Source: Octopus vulgaris (lineage: Eukaryota). From it: a stretch of DNA of 64,000 bases. Made by a program: the position numbers and the translations under genes. The stretch spans positions 25,544,001-25,608,000 of the forward strand of contig OX597826.1 in NCBI GenBank assembly GCA_951406725.2, given 5' to 3'. Each line of letters starts with the position of its first letter. Positions within the stretch are counted from its first letter, which is position 1. This document shows positions 1 to 14,017 of this stretch, in pieces. The notes below the pieces were generated by a model. The model saw nothing but the letters and a program-made list of their open reading frames with translations. It was not told the DNA's origin and did no database searches.

Positions 1-635
<635 letters not shown>

Positions 636-943
636 CATACATACATACATACACACCTAACACTCTATACATACATACATACATACATACATACATACAT
701 ACATACACACCTAACACTCTATACATACATACATACATACATACATACACACCTAACACTCTATACATACATACATACATACATACATACATACATACAT
801 ACATACACACCTAACACTCTATACATACATACATACATACATACATACATACATAAATACATATATGTTAATGTTTATTTTTATATAATAAAAACTAGTT
901 TACATTAATTTGAGATGTTACCCTATACTGATGTCGAGTAGAA

Positions 944-1069
944 GTTTATTCTTAAACAAGAATATTTTTGACTTCGAAGTTTCGGCCAGTTAAGCTATCA
1001 TCGCATGGGCTTAACTGGCTGAAACTTCGAGGTTACGGGCAACAATATTCTTGTTCAAGAATAATAAAC
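944..1069. repeat. Imperfect hairpin of a PLE terminal-repeat fragment with a partial type I hammerhead
   Basis: Arms ttattctt...gaagtttcggccagttaagc / gcttaactggctgaaacttcgagg...aagaataa; minus strand reads gatga-tagcttaactggcc-GAAA-cttcgaag-TC. Confidence 0.55.
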
Positions 1070-1072
1070 ATC

Positions 1073-1575
1073 GATGTCTGGGATTCCTGATAGATGGCGA
1101 CACTGAACAGACAGAAAGTTTACACACCTATTTACCATAAGTGAAATATTTTTCCACGGTAACTGCAATGAATTTTGTCTTTTAGCAGTTGAAATATGTC
1201 ACAAATGTGTTTTAACTAATCTAAACGCTGCTTGGCGCTAACATTTCGTTATTTTCCATAATCGGGCGATCTACCAGCGCAAATCAGTCAACATTGTTGA
1301 CTATATTTTACATAAAGCTATGGTTTTATAAGTTTCTACAGAGTTGCCTCTCTTGAGTACATCCCACTGACAAGAGTAAAAAAACTCGACACACAGATGT
1401 CTGGGATTCCTCATAGATGGCGACACTGAACAAACAGGGTACTTTTACGCCTTTTTACCATAAGTGTAATATTTTCCCCACGGTAACTGTCTTTTAGTAG
1501 TTGAAATGTTAGAAACATATTTAAACTAAACTAAATTTTCCTTATGCCTAAACACTGCTTGGTGCTAACATTTCG
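1073..1575 (+). repeat. Diverged direct repeat pair (1073-1248 and 1396-1575)
   Basis: Both begin gatgtctgggattcct(g/c)atagatggcgacactgaac and end ttgg(c/t)gctaacatttcg. Confidence 0.8.
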
Positions 1576-2233
1576 ATATATATATCAAAGACACGAAATT
1601 AGATTTATTAGATTCTTTATTCAAAATTTACTACAATTGTTTCGACTCATTTTGCACTTGTAGCTCTGAGATATCAGACGAACCCACATCACAGCAAAAC
1701 ACGCACAAAATGCACGCGCACGTGTGTATTAAAGTTGCTGGCATTTTTTCAGGTATTCAAATTGGGGGCCACAGTAGGAGAGGTATATGACAACCAAGCT
1801 AGTATTAATCCTGTCCCTTATTCTTTGAAGACACTAGGGCCATCTCACAGCAACAATGAAAGCCATTGGAATTGAGTCTAAATCGTTTGAAACACAAGCC
1901 CGAGACTGTAGCATGTGGTGGTTCCATCACCACCGTAAACAAAAGCTTCGAAGCCATCAGAAGAGAATGTAAAATTGATCAAAATAAACGAAAAATGTCT
2001 TGCCCATTTTTACATTTTGGCATTTTGGTGATATGTTTCTTGAGAACACATTCTTCGTGGTAGTGATGATTTGACGTCTATGTTTAGCATATTAGGTGTC
2101 CACTTTAGTGGTCATTCCTCTTAATTTTGTATGTAACACAATTCTTAATCTTCGGATTTTTTAAATATGCTAAGCCACTGGTTTTAATTGATTAACATCA
2201 ATTTCTACCCTTATTATTTAATTTATATATATA

Positions 2234-2613
2234 CACTATCGTCAGAAATTAATTAGCACCCTTGATTTGCTCTTCACTCAAGGTATGTGCTGTCACCTAG
2301 TGGCCATATCTCGAACTATTGCTTTGTTGCGAGTTCACTGTTGCGCAGAACGATGACGTAACTTTGTTTGCAGAGCAGTTTGAGAGTCTACAGCCTTATG
2401 ATGTTGACATAGCAGTGCAACAACAACTTGGAGTGCGGATGCAGACAAATCTTCCTTTGTTTAATAGATATAGGTAGCGCCTCGCAAGGACCGAAATCAC
2501 ACCATACTAAGTTTTCTCATCGCGTAAGACGTTTTGAACAGCTCATAGGTTAATTGATTTAACCTATTTAATGTAGAAATTTGAGAAGTGCTAATTAATT
2601 TCTGACGCAAGTG
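2234..2613. mobile_element. Tc1/mariner-type MITE
   Basis: TIRs cactatcgtcagaaattaattagcac / gtgctaattaatttctgacgcaagtg, TA on both sides. Confidence 0.75.
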
Positions 2614-2644
2614 TATATATATATATATATATATATATACATAA

Positions 2645-2688
<44 letters not shown>

Positions 2689-2935
2689 CGAGAAAGAGAG
2701 AAAGAGAGGGGAAAAGAAGAGAGAGAAAGAGAGAGAGATTAGGGTTTATAAAATAAATAGAGAATACTATTTATAGAGCATAATAGCAGGATTTTTACGA
2801 ACAACAAAATTCTATAGCAGGGTATATGAAACCGCAAACAAATTTTTCGAAAATATCACTTTTAAATAAAGAATTTGAATAACTCTATTCTTTCAGTGTA
2901 GCAAATATTTAGTGTCGTCTCAGACGAGTGAGAAA

Positions 2936-2966
<31 letters not shown>

Positions 2967-3343
2967 CCACACAAAATAACCTTAAAAATGAACAAATGAG
3001 AAAACGAAAATAATTTATGAAATTGATTTTCACTTTTCTTTTCTAAGCAACTTAATTGCATCTGGTAAAAGTGGTGGATGTCCTTCCTATTGGCTCACTT
3101 TTATTAGGCGATTTCAGCAGCTGAAAGTGCCTTAATCCTCTTTGTTCCAACAAAGTTGAAAAAAGACAAAAAAAAAAAAAAACTCTTAAATCGCGTGAGC
3201 GCGCGTCTGTGCGCTTTGTGTGTGGGAGAGAAAGAATTGGTGTAAAAAGTAGAAAAGTAGGGAACTTAATACTCCATTATAACTATCAGTCTTTCACCAT
3301 CTTTTTAGCCGATTCCTCCCTTATCTATCTATCTATCTATCTA

Positions 3344-3411
<68 letters not shown>

Positions 3412-3494
3412 AACCAGCTTAGAGAAGAAGAAGAAACGAAACGAAACCAAACGAATCGAGTCGAATCGACGCGAAGGCGCTCAGTCATACAATA

Positions 3495-3840
3495 GTGTAA
3501 TAAATAAAATATATGCATACATACAAACATATATGTACGTACCTACATCTACATGTATATACACATGCATATATAAATATATATACGTGTGTACAGGACA
3601 CCACAAATAGACGTAGAACTCAACGAGAAACGAAAATGTAAAAACAGCATGGAACGGACCATTCCTTTAACAACGAAAAAACAGAGTACAAGACAACTAC
3701 ACAAGGAAAAATCCCCTTCATCAGCCGTCCCTAGTTCAACTCCAGCGTGTTTCGAAGTTGAGGACAGAGCACGTCTCGTCGAACTAGTCCTTCCTGCGAA
3801 GGAATTAAATAAAATTCCTTTGCAGAGGGGTAAAAACAAG
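3495..3840 (-). mobile_element. Non-autonomous PLE-type terminal repeat (same family as 56220-56558)
   Basis: Reverse complement matches 56220-56558 (ggtgtcctgtacac...gtaggtacgtacatatatg); contains a hammerhead core. Confidence 0.6.
3711..3832 (-). ncRNA. Non-circularly permuted hammerhead-like ribozyme (degenerate cleavage triplet)
   Basis: Minus strand: cccct..gaag-ga-ctagttc..cgtg-ct-ctgtcc..cttc-GAAA-cacg..gaactag-ggacgg-CTGATGA-agggg. Confidence 0.6.
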
Positions 3841-4329
3841 GAAAAAAAAAATATATATACATATGTGCGTGTGTGTGTGTGTGTGCGCGCGCGCGTGTGT
3901 GTGTTATACTTGGCAAAATAACTAACACCTTATCAGCTAACATTGAACGGCTTACAAACAGCTGGTCAACAATCCTTGTACTATTAAACTAATAACTGAA
4001 AGCAGAACTATTATCTTTGATGTTATATCATAAGCACCCCTACCCCACATTACCACCAAAACCATAACCACTAGCATAACCTACACATATATATACACGC
4101 AACTCTTACATACACAAGCACACGCATATATATAAACACGCATACATATATGCATATGTGTATATGAATATTCAAACGTACACATGTATAAATATATGTG
4201 TTTGTGTAAACATTGGACTGACGAATATAAAAGAGAATGATCAAAATATGTTGTAGAGTCTTTATTAAATAATCTCCTTGTCAGAAATGGATAAAAAGTG
4301 AGATTAATGAGCGCTAAAAGAAGAGTTAT

Positions 4330-5260
4330 ATATACTTTATTGGAAACAAAATGTCACAAATAGTTACTTTAAGACTCTCCTCGCCAATCTTCGGATGATT
4401 ATGGAAAATGGAACAGGAAATTTCATATTTCGAGACATCCACGGATTAAGCAATCAATCAAATTTGTATGATTTTTGTAGATATGCCTTAAGTATTTACT
4501 TTTTCATTAGGTAAACCTCTAATTGTTGATTTGTAATGTTTATTCTGGATGGTTGATTATTTGCAAGAAAACCAAATGTTTTTAATCTTATTACCTTTGG
4601 CTTAAAACATTTGAAAACCAGTTAAGTATCTGGAGATTGAAACATATATCATTGACAAATATCTGTTAGCAATACTAACATTTAAAAAAGATCTGACATT
4701 ATCTCCATAAAGCTTGAAGCCAAAGAAATTGTCATTAAACTCTGCATAGACAACAGAATAGTATATTCACCATCAATTATACCATACATTACACTTAAAG
4801 ACCACAAGGTTAATTCCCCTTCTAACTTTAATACAGGTTAATAAATCTTGCCAAAACTGTGTTAGATACAACTGACTGACATACCCTAAAATAGTATCAC
4901 ATTGTTAATGGAATAGTTTAGCAGTGTTAACACCAAAAGACACTGTAAATTTATGCAGTCTGATACAATAGAAGTTTATTTTTCATTACCTAGATTCCTT
5001 CTTCCCAAAGCCTTAACTTTCGACAACAATATTGGACCAATTAGCGAATCTAATATTATGATCCTGATGCATAGAAGGAATCCTTTTGTTTTTCGGTAAC
5101 ATATTCTGGCTGAAGAAAAGTAATAGCAAATTAATTGATGCTTCCATAGAAACACACGATGAAACTGAATCTCTAATATTAGTGAATGTATATCTTCAAT
5201 GTCTGTGTCTTCGTTAGATATGATCAGGCTTTGTTCATTAAAATGAAGCACTCCACAAAA
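4330..5260. pseudogene. Decayed Penelope-like RT fragments in both orientations
   Basis: + strand ~4780-4860 PYITLKDHK...RLINxAK; - strand ISNEDxDI and DSLIGPILLS; many stops and frameshifts. Confidence 0.55.
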
Positions 5261-6024
5261 ATGGCATTACAGATAAAATATAATACACAATCCGCTCTAA
5301 TGAATACATGCTTAAAAATAGAATGAAATACCTTATGAAATAATCCGCCGTGAAGTTTAAATGTGAGGACACATATCAAAGACATCTTAAATTTAATCGG
5401 TTTTGATTTTCTTACAAATCATAGATATCATAAAATTTTAAAGTGGAATTCAATTTATGTAAGTAGTTCTGATGAAAAGTATTTTTGAAGCTCAATGAAG
5501 TATTTTAAGTTCGAATATCTCGACAGCAACAATAATATAATCACTCCCCTACCTGTAACTTTCCTCATGACTGTAATTGTCTTTCGTAAGCTCTAAAATG
5601 TGCCAAAATCCAACAAGACGGCTACAGTTTACACAGAAATTACATTGGCTAAATCGATTCACACACTTTTACCAACATTGTCATACATTCAGGGAGCGGA
5701 TAAAAACAACTCTAACATAAAACGAAAAGAAAATTCTACCACTTTTTCAAACAATTTTGATTTATACAAAGCTTTGGCAATGTATAAAATTACATTTATC
5801 GAACATACGACTCCGTAAGTTCATCAGCTTTTATCCATATTCGTCAAGTAAATTCGTCAAGTAAATTTTGCTTAGTTCCTCAAAACAATTTGTGTAATTT
5901 CAGCTTTCAGTAATACGTACACACACACACGCACACACGTACATACTTATGCGCATATACACATATATATTTATGTGTACACACTTATACATATATGCAA
6001 ATATATATGCATGTGTATGTATAT

Positions 6025-6107
<83 letters not shown>

Positions 6108-6139
6108 ACACACATACACACACATGTATATTTTTATAT

Positions 6140-6545
6140 TCCTTTACTCTTTTGTTTCAGTCATTTTGACAGCAGCCATGCTGGAGCACCGCATGAAGTA
6201 TTTTAGTCGAACAAATCAACCTTGGAACATATTTTTAAACTAGTATTTATTATATCGGTCTTCTGCTGAACTGCTAGTTTACGGGGACGTAAATGCGCCA
6301 ACACCGGATGACAAGCAGTGAAGGGGGCGGACAAACACAGATAGAAAGACACACAGAGATAGATATATACACATATATACGTAAAAGACGGGCTGCTTTC
6401 AGTTTCCATCTACCAATTCCTCTCACAAAGCTTTAGTCGGCCCGCAGCCACAGCAGAAGATACTTCCCCAAGGTGCCACGAAATGGGACCGAACGCGGAA
6501 TCATGTGTTTGGGAAGCATGCGTTTACCACACAGCAACACTTGGC
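6140..6545 (-). mobile_element. tRNA-derived SINE, family A (CORE-like)
   Basis: Reverse of tgtggtaa...ggttc...gtggcaccttggg...ggaaactgaaag...ccagcatggc...actgaaac. Confidence 0.85.
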
Positions 6546-6635
6546 CCATGAAAAAAATATAAATAGAAAAATATACAGAGAGAAAGAGGGGGAAGAGAAA
6601 GAGAGAGAAATATAGATATATATATATAAATGTGC

Positions 6636-6951
<316 letters not shown>

Positions 6952-7208
6952 TGAATTCTTTCAGATTTCTTCATCTTGCTGCCTCATTTCTTTCTTGCAG
7001 TTTTTTTCTCGCTCTCTAAAAATAGATATTTTGTTCAATTATAGAAATTGGCGAACAATCAAATCGACTCTCCTTGATTAAAACAAAACGAAGCAGAAAG
7101 AAAACACATACATATGGACAGATACGAAATAAATATATAGACATCGACACACCCACACACACACACATTTGAACACATAAATCTATATGTATAAGTATGT
7201 ATGGATGT

Positions 7209-7610
<402 letters not shown>

Positions 7611-8224
7611 ATATGCTTGTTTATAAATATACATATACATACATACGTGTGTATGAGTGTGTGTAAGTTTATGAGAATATGTATGCGATCATATATGCAT
7701 ATATGTGCGTATGTATATACAATTGTATTTATGTTTACACACGCACACACAAATATGTTTGTGTACGTGTGTGTGTGCATACACACACAGACACATACAT
7801 ACACACAAACACACAAGACACCACTCACACACTAATAGATATACATTTATACGAAACAAACCGATTGGCGTAATTTAATTAAAAAACACTCAACACGTAG
7901 CTAACCATTGGTAAACCATTCTCCTTCCTTTAAAGCCAACTACCAATCTGGGTTGAGTTTTTCTTGCCTCATCGCCCCTCCGCCTCTATTGTTGTGAGCC
8001 GCCTATCACCGACCGCCGACCACTTACCCATTACCCCTATCGTATCGATTTATTAGAATGATCCAAGTTATTACCAGTTCACCACGACACGCAGTACAAT
8101 AGACAGGACCATTTTGGTTGTTTGCCAACGTGTAAAATATGATTATTCACGAGTATTTTCCTTGGCTCTCCAGTCATCTGCCGATATTCTAAAACATGAG
8201 AAAATATAATGAAATAAAATCAAC

Positions 8225-8534
8225 AGGCGTGGCAGTGTGGTAAAATGCTTGCTTCCCACCACATGGTTCCAGGTTCAGTCCTACTGCATGGCGACTTGGA
8301 CAAGTGTCTTCTACTATAGACTTCGGCCGACCAAATCCTTGTGAGTGGATTAGACAGAAACTGAAAGAATCCCGAGGGCACAGAAAGTGTGTCAATAGTC
8401 AGCCGGAGGAGGTGGCCTCCTCGGGCTACAAGCTACAGTAGCATCCACCCTTAGGGGTTAGCCACATTTAAGTGGTAAATATACTTCACGATGTCATGCA
8501 GCTACTGATTATACCTCGCTCAGAGATTTATTAT

Positions 8535-8575
<41 letters not shown>

Positions 8576-8855
8576 AATAATAAATCTCATATATATACGT
8601 GTGTGTGTATTTGTGTTTGTGCCTCGCCACTGTTTGACAACCGGTGTTGGTGTGTTTGCGTTCCCTTAACTATAGTGGTTCGGCATAAGGGTACGATAAA
8701 ATAAATACTAGGCTTGTAAAAAAAAAAGAAAAAAAGAAAAAAAAAACAACCAATTACTGGGGTTGATTCAGTTGATTAAAATTACTTTAAGGTGGAGTCC
8801 CAGCATGGCCGCAGTCAAATGACTCAAACAAGTAAAAAGATAAAAAGTAAAAGAT
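8225..8855 (+). mobile_element. SINE family A, interrupted at ~8375-8595
   Basis: Head ggcgtggcagtgtggtaa, ttggacaagtgtcttctactatag; 3' half ttgacaaccggtgttgg...ccagcatggccgcagtcaaatgac. Confidence 0.8.
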
Positions 8856-9139
8856 ACAAAAAAAATTAATTAATTAATTAAAAAAAAAATTATTAAACAG
8901 ATATTGAAAACAATTAAAATTTCCGTAGTGATTGAGGAATGTTTGATTATGTTTGAAATCTTAATCCCGGATTAACGAGTTAGAAGAATCTCACAGCTTC
9001 CATTCTCCAACGTTTCCTTTCCATATATTCGATCGCTGTTGTATTGGAGGACATGTTCCTGTGCTGGATGATTGTCTGTGGGTGATAAAACATAATACAG
9101 AACAGACGGCAGTATACAACACACTACATCATATATCAG

Positions 9140-9443
9140 TGGAGGCACATGGCCTAGTGGTTAGAGCAGCGGACTCGCGGTAGAGGGATCGCGAGTTCGA
9201 ATCTCAGACCGGGCGATGTGTGTGTTTATGAGTGAAACACCTAAGCTGCACGCCGCTCCGGCAGAAGGAAATGGCGAACTTCTGCTGACTCTTTCGCCAC
9301 AGCTTTCTCACACTATTTCCTCCTGCATCTTGCAGCTCACCTGCGATCGGCCGGCGTCCCGTCCAGTTGAGGGAACCTATACGCCAAGGAAACCGGGAAA
9401 CCGGCCCTCATGAGCCAGGCGTGGCTCGAGAAGGAACAACCAA
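9140..9443 (+). mobile_element. tRNA-derived SINE, family C (tRNA-Arg-like head)
   Basis: ggaggcacatggcctagtggttagagcagcggactcgcgg...gttcgaatctc (A and B boxes); tail gaaaccggcc...atgagcc. Confidence 0.85.
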
Positions 9444-9544
9444 CATCATATACAACCAGCTATTAGAACCAGAGTCCCGCTCCAAAGGCAATGTTTTTGT
9501 TATTCTTTAGCCCCAGGGCAGTCCAGATCCAGCGTAACTATCTT

Positions 9545-9780
9545 TTCATTTTTATCCTTTGTCTTTTACTTGTTCGTTCATTGGACAGCGGCCATGCTGG
9601 GGTACAACCTTAAAGCGTTTCAGTCAAATAAAACGGCCCCAGTACAGTAATTATATTTTTGCAGTAAGTCTGGAATTTAGTTTATCGGTCTTTTTTCTCG
9701 AACCGCTAGGTTATAGAGACGTAAACAAAGCAATACTAGGTCTCAAGTGGTTGGGTATGGGTGACAAACAGACAGACAGA
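9545..9780 (-). mobile_element. SINE family A, 3' half
   Basis: gcggccatgctgggg...gaaccgctaggtta...gacgtaaaca. Confidence 0.7.
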
Positions 9781-10014
9781 CACACACACACACACACACA
9801 CGCACGCACACACACGCGCACGCACACACACACACACGAGCACACATACACACACAAAATACGGAAATGTATATATATATAAATATATATATATGTATAT
9901 AGCTACATTGGTCCAGGAAAGAATGCTGGTAATAATTGTTTAATAAAATTATAGATGTGGAAAATCTCCGTTCTCCTTATAATTATGAACACTATATATA
10001 TGCGCGTTCTTTGT

Positions 10015-10412
10015 TTCCTTTACTTGCTTCAGTCTTTTGACTTCGGCCGTGCTGGAGCACCACCTTGACGGGTATGTTTTAGTTGAACAAATCGATCCCA
10101 GGACTTATATTTTTAAAGCGAAGTATATATTCTATCGGCCACTTTTTTGGTAAACCGCTAAGTTACAGGGACATAAGCACACTAACACCAATTACCAAGC
10201 GGTAATGGGGGGGGGGGGGAGCAAACACAGACACAAAGACAGACAGACACACATACATACTTATATACGACGGGCTTCTTTCAGTTTCTGTCTATCAAAT
10301 CCACTCACAAGGCTTTGGTTGGCCCGGGGCTATAGTAGAAGAAACTTGCACAAGATGCCACGCAAAGGACTGAAACCGGAACCATGTGGTTGGGAAGGAA
10401 GCTTTTTACCAC
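10015..10412 (-). mobile_element. SINE family A
   Basis: Full-length match to the reverse complement of 14673-15097. Confidence 0.85.
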
Positions 10413-10521
10413 ACACACACACATACATGCTCACGCACACACATATGAATATACAAATGTGTGTGCGTAGGTGGGGTGTGCATGTATGTGCACATAAATA
10501 TACAAGCTATATTAAAATATA

Positions 10522-11316
10522 GGATCTTTTCCTTTGAACGGCAGACAAATTCTTGTTAACTAAACACTTTAAAACTTCGTATACTGGTAGAATGTGTCGA
10601 AATAAAACATTTTTTTCTCTTGGCTTTCTTGAGAAAATTGTAATTTGTTTGTTTAACGTAGTTTAATTTTTCGAATTTTAACCAATTCTATGCTCTCTTT
10701 TGAGCTAAAATCATTTGCTGCGTCTAAAACTGAGACAACTAACCCTAACCCTAATTTTTTTTTCTAAATTGTTAAATTAATTTAATTGTTACGCGTGTAA
10801 AAAAAAAAAAACCCGAAAGCAATAGAAAATGATTCAAACAATTAACTAACAAAATAATTCTATAATTTTACACACACGCTTTCCGTACGTATACGGAAAG
10901 CTTGTGTTACGGAAAGCTTGTGTTACGGAAAGCGTGTGTGTAAAATTATAGAATTATTTTGTTTGTTAATTGTTTGAATCATTTTCTATTGCTTCCGGTT
11001 TGTTTTTTTTTTACACGCATAACAATTAAATTAATTTAACAATTTAGAAAGAAAAATTAGGGTTAGGGTTAGTTACAGAATGTTGTCTCAGTTTTAGACG
11101 CAGCAAATGATTTTAGTTGAATGGAGGTAATCGATTGGTTAAAATTGCCGAAATGCTCGGATTTTCAGAAGAAATATCTTACAAACTATAGAATTTTCTC
11201 AATAAAGCCAAGAAAAAATGATGTTTTATAAACACATTCTACCAGTATACGAAGTTTAAAAGTGTTTAGTTAACTAGAAATTGTGTTGACATGTGCCGTT
11301 CAAAAGGAAAAGATCC
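10522..11316. mobile_element. Palindromic MITE-like element with internal TTAGGG repeats
   Basis: Termini ggatcttttcctttgaacggca / tgccgttcaaaaggaaaagatcc; arms complementary along nearly the whole length; ctaaccctaaccctaa and ttagggttagggttag inside. Confidence 0.8.
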
Positions 11317-11339
11317 AAAAGATAATATAATACATACTC

Positions 11340-11745
11340 TCTACTCTTTTACTCTTTTACTTGTTTCAGTCATTTGATTGCGGCCATGCTGGAGCACCGC
11401 CTTTAGTCGAGCAAATCGACCCCGGGACTTATTCTTTGTAAGCCCAGTACTTATTCTATCGGTCTCTTTTGCCGAACCGCTAAGTGACGGGGACGTAAAC
11501 ATACCAACATCGGTTGTCAAGCAATGCTAGGGGGACAAACACAAACACACACGCACACACACACACATATATATATACATATATACGACAGGCTTCTTTC
11601 AGTTTCTGTCTACCAAATCCACTCACAAGGTTTTGGTCGGCCCGAGGCTATAGTAGAAGACACTTGCCCAAGATGCCACGCAGTGGGACTGAACCCGGAA
11701 CCATGTGGGTGGTTAGCAAGCTACTTACCACACAGCCACTCCTGT
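11340..11745 (-). mobile_element. SINE family A (young copy)
   Basis: Near-identical to the reverse complement of 14673-15097 and 18820-19240; (tttactc)n tail. Confidence 0.9.
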
Positions 11746-11951
11746 ATATATATATATACACATACACAAAAATATTATGTGTATGTGTGTGTGTGCGTTC
11801 TTGCATTTATGGTTGCCCCACCACTACTTGACAACCAGTGTTAATGTGTTTGCGTCCTCACAACTTAGCGGTTCGGCAAACAGGTCCAATAAAATAAATA
11901 CTAAGCTCGCAAAAAATATGAATAGATATATACATACAGTACACACACAGA

Positions 11952-11979
<28 letters not shown>

Positions 11980-11984
<5 letters not shown>

Positions 11985-12209
11985 CTTTATTACCCACAAG
12001 GGGCTAAACACAGAGGGAACAAACAAGGACAGACATAGGTATTAAGTCGATTACATCGACCCCAGTTCGTAACTGGTACTTAATTTATCGACCCCGAAAG
12101 GATGAAAGGCAAAGTCGACCTCGGCGGAATTTGAACTCACAACGTAACGCAGACGAAATACCGCTAAGCATTTCGCCCGGCGTGCTAACGTTTCTGCCAG
12201 CTCGCCGCC
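11980..12209 (-). mobile_element. SINE family B, young tailed subfamily
   Basis: Reverse of ggcggcgagctggcagaaacgttagc...gttcaaattccgccgaggtcgactttgcctttcatcctttcggggtcgataaattaagtaccag...ccccttgtgggtaataaagaaata. Confidence 0.9.
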
Positions 12210-12532
12210 TATAAAGCATTTTTAGAGAGTTATAGCCAAAAAATAGCAAAAAAATGGAAAAAAAATGATGGTAAATTTTTTTTGAGAGTTAAAAAAGGTG
12301 GAGTTGCGTCCCCTAGACGGTCTGTGGTTTGGGTTTCTGATTCTCGACCCCATGTCGAATTTATCGATTTTTTTCAGAACTGGGGGAACTTTTCAAAATT
12401 TTCGCTGCATTAGTTTTGAATTATGACATTGGGCTATGTGTGTGTCAAGTTTCATCAGAATCGGTTGAAAGCCGTGGTCAGAGTGAGGGTACGAGAAAAC
12501 AGACACACAGAAAACGCACAGACAAACTGCCG

Positions 12533-12534
<2 letters not shown>
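12209..12534 (-). mobile_element. Inverted, 3'-truncated copy of the adjacent Helitron
   Basis: Reverse complement of 12651-12973, apparently identical. Confidence 0.8.
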
Positions 12535-12596
<62 letters not shown>

Positions 12597-12605
12597 GGCA
12601 GTTTG

Positions 12606-12629
<24 letters not shown>

Positions 12630-12653
<24 letters not shown>

Positions 12654-13017
12654 GGCAGTTTGTCTGTGCGTTTTCTGTGTGTCTGTTTTCTCGTACCCTC
12701 ACTCTGACCACGGCTTTCAACCGATTCTGATGAAACTTGACACACACATAGCCCAATGTCATAATTCAAAACTAATGCAGCGAAAATTTTGAAAAGTTCC
12801 CCCAGTTCTGAAAAATCGATAAATTCGACATGGGGTCGAGAATCAGAAACCCAAACCACAGACCGTCTAGGGGACGCAACTCCACCTTTTTTAACTCTCA
12901 AAAAAATTTACCATCATTTTTTTTCCATTTTTTTGCTATTTTTTGGCTATAACTCTCTAAAAATGCTTTATAGTTATTTCCCTTACAAACCTGAGCAACG
13001 CCGGGCGATACTGCTAG
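12630..13017 (+). mobile_element. Non-autonomous Helitron
   Basis: 3' hairpin cctgagcaacgccggg followed by cgatactgCTAG|t; 3' end shared with 17929-18325. Confidence 0.8.
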
Positions 13018-13547
13018 TATATATATATATATATATAAGTACTGTAGTCGGTTCGTTGGACTAAAATTCTTCAAGGTTGTGCCCCAGCATGACCGTAATC
13101 TTTTGACTGAAACAAGTAAAAGATTAAACATGAAATATAAAAGATTAAAGATACAAGAAATTCCTCTCATAAACTATATTGGTCAGAACGAGGCTACAGC
13201 TAAAGACACTTTGCCAATTTACTATTCGGTGACATTCTGCCCTGAAACGCGTTGCTTCATTGTTGCGATGTCAACTTCTTAAGCAGATAGTTATATTTCA
13301 GTCATTGTTTACGATGTTGGACGAAATCAATTTTTCTAATTCTTTTGAAAACTATAATGAGATCCCACCTCAACATAATAGCGTTATTTAGAGACCATAC
13401 TTCATTAAATATCAAATGCTTTTAGAAACACATGTGAAAGGAATTGTCACCTTATTGATTTCTACTTTGAAAGAAACGCTACAAGAACGTCAATTTAAGG
13501 GGCATCGTTTGTCTTCAGAGACAACGAACGAGCGAGTGAGCGAGAGA

Positions 13548-13596
<49 letters not shown>

Positions 13597-13637
13597 AGAG
13601 AGAAAGAGAGAGAGATGCTTTTAGTAGCTGATATGCA

Positions 13638-13672
<35 letters not shown>

Positions 13673-14017
13673 TAATAAAGATAGTGATAATGATAATGGT
13701 GATAAAGAAAGCCATCGTTCGTAAAGAAGAATATTATCGGTTGTCAATGAGAAACCATTCGCATGCAACAAGCTTACAAGACAGCAAAACCTTCTTGAAC
13801 ATAATCAATACAACCTAGAATGAATTACTAATGGAACTTATCGAGTAGAAGACAACGATTCAATATAAAAATAGACTTGGATATTGGAAGAACATTAAAT
13901 GCGAACAAAGAAAGGGAAAAGAAAAGGAAAAACCTCTTTAAACGTACAGAAAAGCTACAAAATGAAGGACTCTGCATTTACACGGTTTTCTTTTTATTTC
14001 ACAAGGTTTATCTAGAA

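Noticed and set aside
5465-5530. ctgatga hammerhead candidate
   Set aside because: No intact GAAA or stems; at best a decayed remnant
9140-9215. tRNA genes at SINE heads (also 31843, 56815)
   Set aside because: Acceptor stems do not close and the heads continue into shared SINE bodies
10739-11075. Interstitial telomere or fusion site
   Set aside because: Only 2-3 hexamers, part of the palindromic element's arms
13700-13960. Possible second R4-type fragment after (AAT)n
   Set aside because: Too degraded to confirm motifs
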